Of a DNA stretch of 64,000 bases, positions 55,701 to 64,000 are shown in pieces. The stretch comes from Eledone cirrhosa. Its lineage: Eukaryota. Positions within the stretch are counted from its first letter, which is position 1, and each line of letters starts with the position of its first letter. The position numbers and the translations under genes were made by a program. The stretch is from NCBI GenBank assembly GCA_964016885.1, contig OZ024742.1, positions 295,802,001-295,866,000 of the forward strand. The letters run 5' to 3'. Below the pieces are notes generated by a model that was not told the origin of the DNA, did no database searches, and saw only the letters and a list, made by a program, of their open reading frames with translations.

Positions 55701-56131
55701 CCCTCTACCATTGACTTTACTCTATATTTACTATTGTATTTTTGCAGTTAAGGCTTTATCTCACATAATATCCAATCTGAGATTTTGATATTATCTATTT
55801 TGAGAACAATACCTTAACCCTTTAATGTTCAAACCGGCCCAAACCGGCTTGAATTCTCTACCTCTTTCTGTTGAAACTGGCTGTAACTGGTCGTTCAAAC
55901 TAATGTTAAGGTATTGTTCTCAAAATAAATACTTTCAAAATCTCATAGATTCGATATTATGTGAGATATTATGTGAGGTAAAGTCTTTACCATGAAAATA
56001 CAATAGTATATATAGAGAGTAATGTGAATACTAAAGGGTTAACATCAGTATGAGTAGCCGGTTACAGTCAGTTTGAACAGAAAGAGGTGAGAGAATTCTG
56101 GCTGGATACAGCCAGTTTAAATGCTAAAGTG
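55701..56131. mobile_element. piggyBac-like MITE with an inverted copy of the same family nested at 55818-56038
   Basis: Inner element flanked by TTAA at 55814-55817 and 56039-56042; the empty site is seen in the 35583 copy. Confidence 0.85.
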
Positions 56132-57312
56132 TTAAACCACACCCTATTAACAACACATTAGACAACATCATAGCTGTAGAGAAAGATTGCATTGTCATGA
56201 CTGAAACCATATTGTTCAAACATCTTATTAGCCAGGAATGACCAGGAGCTAAATAAAAATAAAAGCAGAGTTTATTTTCTTGTCAGACATTTTAAATGAG
56301 AGATACCACTGTATCAGTTAGTTAGTTGACCAACTTTCAGTTATTGGTCTTTGTAATTTTATGAGAATTTAGAATTTATTCACTATCTTTTTAAGTGAAA
56401 TTCAATTCATTTATAAAAATCTGCATTTGAGATTTATAATGACGTGAGTTCTGATTATACATTTTATGATAGATAAATGTAAATAAATGAATTTATACAG
56501 ATTATTTTGAAAACAATAAATTATATTATTAAACCAAAAGAAATTGTATTTAATTCTTTGAACAGATTATAAAAGATGTTCAAAATAATTTTCTTTTAAA
56601 TGTCAGTCAAGGATTGTTGTTATTGTTGGACATCTGTTGGTTCTGACATTGAGTGCTGCAGATGTTTGATCAACAGCCTACCTTTGTAAGGAATATGCAA
56701 GTGTCTGAGCATCCCACAGACACATGAACTCTTAAAGTAGTTCTCAGAGAGATTCTACTTGACACAACGTATGACAAGACTGGCCTTTTGAATTTCAAGT
56801 GCAATTTCAAGAGCCTTAAATCTGAGGGTCAGGGATCATGGATTTATGAACCAGCACTCTCCACCTTTTCCTGTCTCTTGCTATTGCTGTACATTCCACC
56901 AAACTCCTTCCTGTCCATTCCTTAATAACATCTGTCCATTCCTTTTTTCCTGGCCATTTTCTCTTGTATCGTCCATCAAGGATGGGGGTAGTCAAATTTT
57001 AGCCAGCTGAAGAAATGAAGCAATGTGAAATAAAGTATCTTGCTCAATGACACAATATGCCACCAGGAATCAAATTCCTGACTTTACCATTGCAAGCCAA
57101 ACATCCTAACCACCAAACCACACCCCTTCACAAGTCAAAGCTTATACAATGCAATTGTACCTATTTTTCAAACATAGTATTATATTTGTTGTTTAACTAA
57201 ATAATTCTTAATGGTATGTGAACATACTCAATCTGTACCAATTTGGAATCTAACCGAAACAAGTAAAAATGATTAAAAAAAATAAATAAAACGAATAAAT
57301 GTTATTATTTAG

Positions 57313-57531
57313 AATACAACATCCAAGAGAGAATTGATAGGAATTGATTTACTGAATTCTCCTGCTAAATCTAAAAAAAAATCAATATTGGGAGGAGTGC
57401 ATTTTGATTGAAGAAGGAGCCCAGTGAGGTGGAATGGCTGATGCAATGGGTGTTACTGGCTATTCTCTGCGGCAATGCTTTCAACATATTGACTGCTGGG
57501 CACAGCTGAAATGTACAGCTCAGCTAAGGAT
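57313..57531 (+). pseudogene. Candidate decayed 219-nt exon
   Basis: tttag| ... |GTAAGA; phase-2 frame IQHPREN**ELIY*ILLLNLKKNQYWEECILIEEGAQ*GGMADAMGVTGYSLRQCFQHIDCWAQLK. Confidence 0.35.
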
Positions 57532-59633
57532 GTAAGAGTTAGCTTCCTCCCCTTTTAAAAAAATTCTTTCCTCCTCCCTTTTTTTTCCATTTTCTATATT
57601 TTCTCTCCTCTTGTTTATTATCTTACAAAATAAATATAAATATGTATCAATATATTATTTGAAACTGTTTCTTTTATATTTAGCTTTAAAACTACATGTA
57701 TGTTTCAATAATGATGTAGTTTATATGCATCATGTCTGTGTGTAAGGGAAAAAGGGCCTAGTGGTTAGGGTGTTGAGCTTATGAATGATAGGTCATGAGT
57801 TTGATTCTTGCATTTGGTAGCATGTTGTTTTGACAGCCAATGCAAAGAGGAGTGGGCTGAAAGAGTCACCTTGTTGGATAACTCTGGCAAAAGAGACCTT
57901 GTTTCCAACAGCAATAAATGCGTTGGGTGTTTGATAAGTGAGATGTGTAAGAGGGAGCCCATCTTAGACAAGTCTCTAGGATGTGATCCTGCCCAATTCT
58001 GTTAAGTGTTTCACATGTTCAGTTTCATTAGAAGGTGAGGTGACGAAAGAAGCATGTGCTCTAAGATGTGTCTGGCCAGCTCAAAGTGGGAGTTAATCCC
58101 ACTTTGAGTTGGACATATTTAGTTCCATTATGACTGACCTTCAGGCTATTTTGACCTCATATCACTGAAAAATGCTGCCCACTGCTTGAAAGTCGCTGAA
58201 ATTGACTGTGGATGGGGACACTTAAGTTGGAGAGTGGCTAAGACATTTGGTGTAGGCCAGAGTACTGAGTCGCATGATCCTGAAATATTGCCCTCAATTA
58301 ATGGGGATGTTTCATTCAATTGAGGGAACTGCATGTGCTGTGTCACTGCAGGGGGGCCGCAGGAGAAGCGAGTTGGAGGGAGATACAGAAGGAAGCAATG
58401 TTGCCACTGAGCCTCAAATACAGAGATGGGACCAAACTTTCCCCAGCCATCAGAATCTTAAATACAATAGTCGCAAAACTGAGTAGGTGGTTCCTGTAAT
58501 ACAAGCTGTTGGTGTCAAGCAACTAGTCAGTGGACAATGCATGTGCATTTGCCATGAGACTGCAGGCAGTTTTGAGGATCCTAATGATAACTCACTGCCT
58601 GAAGCAGATTGCTGCCAAGACCATGGCAGAATGAAAAGGAATTGTATGTATGTAACTATGAAATTGTGTTAGTTCTCTACTATGTTGTGTTATAAAAAAA
58701 AATTTGTAATTGTGCCAAAAGTTAAATTTGTCATGTATGTGACTTGATTGTAAAAGAAAATCATGGCTTTATAAATTCAAGATGTTAAATGGCAAATTGA
58801 ACATGATGTATATGTGTGTAGGCATACAGTTTGTTCTCAACTACGTCCGTGCATTAGTGGCTTCTGGGAAAAAAGTCATAATTGTGCCAAACGTTAATGC
58901 TGTCAGCTGTGTAAATTCAACACTACAAAGGCAGAATGAACAAGAATTATATGTGGCATGTTTGTCATGAAAACACGTTTCTGAAGTTTATTCAGTTATA
59001 GTTTTTATTTTTGTATAAATATATTTTATTTATTTATTCATGTTTCATCTGTGGTTTTGTCTGAACAAAAGTAAAGATTTGGAATTCGGGTGACTTACTG
59101 CAGACCTGTCAACTCCCTCCGTCGGATGAGGAGATCTCTACCCACCTTGGAGTGGGTGAGAGATGTCTTCTCTTGTGAAAATGGATATAGCTTTCATTAT
59201 GAAAAATCTCCCCATTTTGTGGCACTTTTTTTCATGGTACTCCCCATTTGGGCTTTTAGAAGTTGGCAGGTCTGTTACTACATGACCAAATAATTGATGG
59301 TAAAATTTGGTTAGTGAGTCCACTTGTATTCGGAGGTGTCAATATTTTGACAATTTTCACCAACTTCAAATTCTATGTAAATAAGGTGCTAAAATAGCTG
59401 GAGTGATTATTTCACAATGAAACAGTTTTTCTGCATTTACTATATCATTGTTGATGTTATTTATGCATTCCCTTGAAAATATGTCCAACAATTTTTTTAT
59501 AATTTGAACGTTTTAATACATACATACATATTTAATACATACATATTCTCACGTTTTTCTCTGACAAAAATATTTCTTTCAGTTTTTCAATTTTACTTTT
59601 GATTTTATTTCTGTCTCTTTTGCTGTTTTCAGA

Positions 59634-59795
59634 AATAATTGTTTCTACTATTGGCACAAGGCCAGCAAATACCCAGTACATTATTGGTACTTTATTTTAT
59701 TGACGCCGTAAGGATGAAAGGCAAAGTTAACTCGGCGGGATTTGAACTCAGAATGGCAAGGGCCGTAACTCTATGCGTCAAATCATGGCGTCCGA
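59634..59795 (-). mobile_element. tRNA-derived SINE (dominant family)
   Basis: Homologous to 35131-35313. Confidence 0.85.
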
Positions 59796-60700
59796 TAATG
59801 ATATTTGTTTATTGAAAAAACCAACAAAGATTTAATATAATAGGTCTGTTTAGGAACAGGTTTTGAATTGACCAATAGAAAAGTAGTAAGTGGTCAAGTT
59901 GATAGAATAGTAGTAGTAGAAATTTAATTTAGGGGTAGAGGAATGCAGACTTCAGTTTTGAATGGAAAGAATACTTTGAATGAAAAGATTATTTTGGGGA
60001 TGAAAAGAGGTCAAGCCTGTGAAAGGTACACGAAAATTTGATGTTATTAAAGAATAATGGTAATGTTAAAATCGAAGAATAAAATTTTAGGATAAATGTG
60101 TTAGTGAGAAATACCAATCTTATTTAAAACATAAGGAATTTAGATCTATAAAAAGAAATTAAATTAATTTAATTTATAGGTATACTTATAGGGATAAATT
60201 TATATTAATTCATATATGTGTGATAAATAAGAGTTGTTAAAAACGAAGGAAAAAAAAAAACGAAGGAAAAGAAAATTGGGTGGGGGGATAAATGTATTAG
60301 TGAGAAATAACAAACTTATATAGACTACAGGGAATTTAGATTCATAAAAGGAAATTAAAATAGTTTATATGTATACTTATAGGTATTAATTTTAGGAAAA
60401 GAGAGCTGTAAAAGGGAAATAAAATTATGAAGTTCTCAGTAGTAAAACACTAATTATAGGTTAACTAAATTAAAAAAACTAATTATAATAATTTGTAAAA
60501 TATAAGTGTAAGGTGTATATTAATTAGGTTTATAATATTTGAAAGTTCTTCTAATTCTATGATTGCACGATATAATTAATTCTTGTCGCTTATTTATTAG
60601 GATATCGTTAGATTTCATTATTTCAAAAAGTTCCTGGGAACATAATCAACACTCATATCTGTTATTTTGATAAGGGGTGGCCCTTTTGAGCACACTCCAA

Positions 60701-60775
<75 letters not shown>

Positions 60776-60776
60776 G

Positions 60777-60808
<32 letters not shown>

Positions 60809-61182
60809 TATATATATATATGTATGTATATATATATATATGTATGTATATATATATATATGTATGTATATATATATATATGTATGTATATATATATATA
60901 TGTATGTATATACATATATATGTATGACGGCGATGAATTAGTTTTGCGAGGTTTTTTATATGAAAATGGTGGGTCGAAACAAATATTGTTATACTTGGGG
61001 AGGGTCATATTTGTGTAATATTGCCAGAATTAATAACAGAACACACTCACTGTTTGGTTGGTTTTTGCTTTTCGCTTCTGTGTCTTTTATATCGGTAATC
61101 TAATTTATTCGGTCCTCAATGTTGCCATTGACTGACCAACGGTCAAAAATAATACAGATACAATATAGACACAAACACATAT

Positions 61183-61240
61183 ATATAGTTTATCAAAGTT
61201 CTTTCGTTGCACATCTGCAACATCGTCAGTGGTGCTATAT
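61183..61240 (-). ncRNA. Minimal type I hammerhead in the PLE 3' region (pLTR)
   Basis: Minus strand: atatag-cac-ca CTGACGA t gttgca-gatg-tgcaac GAAA gaac TT tg-ataaa-ctatat. Confidence 0.75.
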
Positions 61241-61590
61241 ATTCCTCCCGTTGCATTGTATTTCTACGCCATCTTTATTTAGTCTGTTTATATATTTATT
61301 TACTTATTTGTTTGTTTGTTTATTTTGTCTTCTTTGCGCATGCGTTTGCGTGTGTGTATAGTGTTTTGTTTGATGTGTGTTCGTGATTGGATGACTGTGT
61401 ATTGGTTAATGTATTCTATGTTTACTAGTGTGCGTTTATATGTGTTTGTTGTTATTGTGCTTGTGTATGTATTTATTTATTTATCTCTTATTTATTTATT
61501 TATACTTCACTTAGGTCAGTGTTGTTTGTTTGGGTGTTGTTGTTATTCCATTCATTCTTTCTGTTTAGTCTTGGCCTTCTAAGTTCTATT

Positions 61591-63430
61591 TCACTGGCCT
61601 CTGATTTGCCTATCTGCTGGGTCATTTCTATGTTTAGATATTATTCTAATTTCTATGTTGTCTATGTTGCCTCTGGCATGTTCGTATAGTACTGACCCGT
61701 TTTTTCGTCCTTTTAGTTCCCCCCAGTGTTGGTCTATCCTTTCACCTATGCTACGAGCTGTCTCGCCTATGTATGTTGTTGTCATGTTTCTGCAAGTACA
61801 CTCTGTACATCTTATGCTATAGACTACGTTTCTAGTTTTACAGTTTATCCGGGGGTTTACCTTACATATAATACATTTCCTATTAGTACAGTGGGTTTTC
61901 TTAAAAGGGTAGGTTTTGCTGATCAGGGATTTTATGGTGGTTCCTGACTTTTCTACCACCTTAATCTTGAAGTCTTTCTCAGGGCCTTTCTACACTGGTT
62001 AGCTAATTTCCCTCCAGGGGTAGCATCCACAAACATGACACTCTGGTATCTCTGGTTGTCGTACCATGAGGTGGCTTTCCCTATCTTATGTCTAGCCCTA
62101 TCTAAGCTATTCCAGGATTTGCTCCTGTATAATGGGCAAATTCCTTTCATGTCCAGTTCTATGAGGGTCTTATACTTCTCCATGGCTCCTTCGTATACTC
62201 TGACTCTGTCTCTTTGGTTGTAGCCAGAGAACTGCATGCGGTTGATGAAGTGTTGGATGTGTCATTCCATTTCTGTTGGGTTGCACATGCGGGACACATT
62301 CTTCATCACTCGTACCAAATCTGCGATCAGAATATTAAACTTAGTGCTACTGGACATTGCTGAGTTTTTAGGTATCAGGTATTTGGAGGCCATGGGTTTA
62401 GCATAGTGTTAGTGGAGAATTTAGGCTCTCTCGTCTATAGTGTTAATCCAGAGTTCCGTGTCTTATACATGTAGTCTATTGTTAGGGTGTTTGGAAGGGT
62501 AGTCGATAGTTACAGTTATACTCTGGTGTATGGAATTAGCTATCTGCTAGATGATTTCCATTGTGCTACGTTCTAAATCAAACTTGATAGTGCTCTCTAG
62601 TGGGGATGTTCTTATAACTATATTGATATCGTCTACATAACGAGAGTACATGATGAGGTCTATGGAGCTCTCATCAAGGAGATCTTTGAGTCTCCTTTCC
62701 CACCATACCATAAAAAGGTTGGCAACATCACCAGCTATGCTGACGCCAATGGCTGCTCCCTCATTTTGGGTGTAGATCTTCTCGTTGAACCTGAATATGT
62801 GGCCCTTTAGGGTAGTTTTGATACTAGCCCCTATTGCATGTGCGACCATTTTTCTTACCTGATCATTGTTTTGGGGGGTCCGTATAGCTTTGGTCCACCC
62901 AATCCACCTTCCCATGGGAGTCTTTATTGCCATTGAGGTTATGGTGGGGGGGGGGGGTCTACCTCTTATGGGTCAACTAGGGCAGAAACGTCTAAGGTCA
63001 TGGCGGTCTAGGTAGTCAGTGTCGTAGGTAAGTCTAAGTAGGAGGCCCAGTTCGTCTGTGTCGACGTCGCAGAACTCCACCTCACTCTCAATGATCATCT
63101 CCACACATTTTTCCACAGCAAAATCAATGTTAATGGATGGGTACAGTGATACCACATCCATGCTGCCTATTATGCAGTTGGATAGGTTCCTGTTTTTGTT
63201 GCACTCATTGATTCTGCTGAGGAGGTCCTCTGTACTGTCACATACATCTGGGGACATCTTGATTATGGGGCGTATAAACATTGAGAGGAAGTAGGTCTTG
63301 TTGGTGGTCCTGTTGTCGGGTCGTCGAGTGTCTTGTGGTCTTTGCGGGGCCCATACAAGGGTGGTATGCCATTGTTAGACGCCTGGAAGTTGTTGGCAGT
63401 GCGTCTGCTTGGCTTTCGGATGTCAGTCCA
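61591..63430 (-). pseudogene. PLE RT-GIY-YIG ORF, disrupted
   Basis: IGSMDVVSLYPSI, QNEGAAIGVSIAGDVANLFM, YSRYVDDI; Cys-rich linker HCTNRKCIIC..NC; NVVYSIRCTEC..YIGETARSIGERIDQH; split over four ORFs. Confidence 0.92.
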
Positions 63431-63541
63431 CGTCATCATGTGAGCGTTGAGGGTTTTCTCTCTCCCATCATGTGTTTGCTGTGCAATTTCGCTCGTGTTG
63501 GTGATGTGGGGTTATATGTATATATATATATATGTATGTAT

Positions 63542-63638
<97 letters not shown>

Positions 63639-64000
63639 TATATGTATGTATGTATGTATGTATATATATATATGTATGTATGTATGTATGTATATGTATG
63701 TATGTATGTATGTATATATATGTATGTATGTGTATATATATGTATGTATGTGTGTATGTATATGTATGTATGTGTGTATGTATATGTATGTATGTGTGTA
63801 TGTATGTATATATATATATGTATGTATGTATGTATGTATATATGTATGTATGTATATATGTCAGGTCACCAGTTGGTGCTACTGGTAACCTGTATCCCAG
63901 TACAACCTGTCTCATGGTCGGGTCGTTGGCGACTAAACTGGCAACCCCACCAAGGTTTCTTGGTGAGGAGGGTGACTTTGGACATCCTGCAGGACTAAAA

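Larger units (their letters stand above)
60930..63500 (-). mobile_element. Penelope-like retroelement, 5'-truncated, flanked on both sides by TA/TATG microsatellite
   Basis: RT followed by GIY-YIG endonuclease; 3' non-coding region with a hammerhead. Confidence 0.92.

Noticed and set aside
57425-57455. GGMADAMG similarity to the SNF2 helicase motif GGILADxMGLGKT
   Set aside because: No GKT and the flanks do not fit.

Overview
Eukaryotic, very AT-rich, repeat-dominated genomic window. The (TA)n/(TATACA)n/(CA)n microsatellite load and SINE types resemble a cephalopod (octopus-like) genome; this is an inference, not a database result. No intact protein-coding gene is supported, and most ORF-track entries are microsatellite read-through. 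Recognisable content: a decayed Penelope-like element (PLE; RT + GIY-YIG, minus strand, ~60.9-63.5 kb); a young 2.1-kb non-autonomous LTR element with a 4-bp TSD, tRNA-Trp PBS and PPT; RTE-type LINE fragments; many tRNA-derived SINEs; Helitron-like, Tc1/mariner-, hAT- and piggyBac-like MITEs; and several decayed exon-like segments, one BTB/BACK-like. The main finding is a dense set of about a dozen type I hammerhead ribozyme (HHR) motifs from several unrelated sequence families. Nearly all lie in short non-coding inserts inside (TA)n microsatellites, often folded back as inverted repeats, and one lies at the 3' end of the PLE. Several carry non-canonical cores (CAGAAGA in one whole family, compensated UUGAUAA, CCGAAGA) and a recurrent U.U at 10.1/11.1. 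All structures were paired by eye; none were computed or tested.
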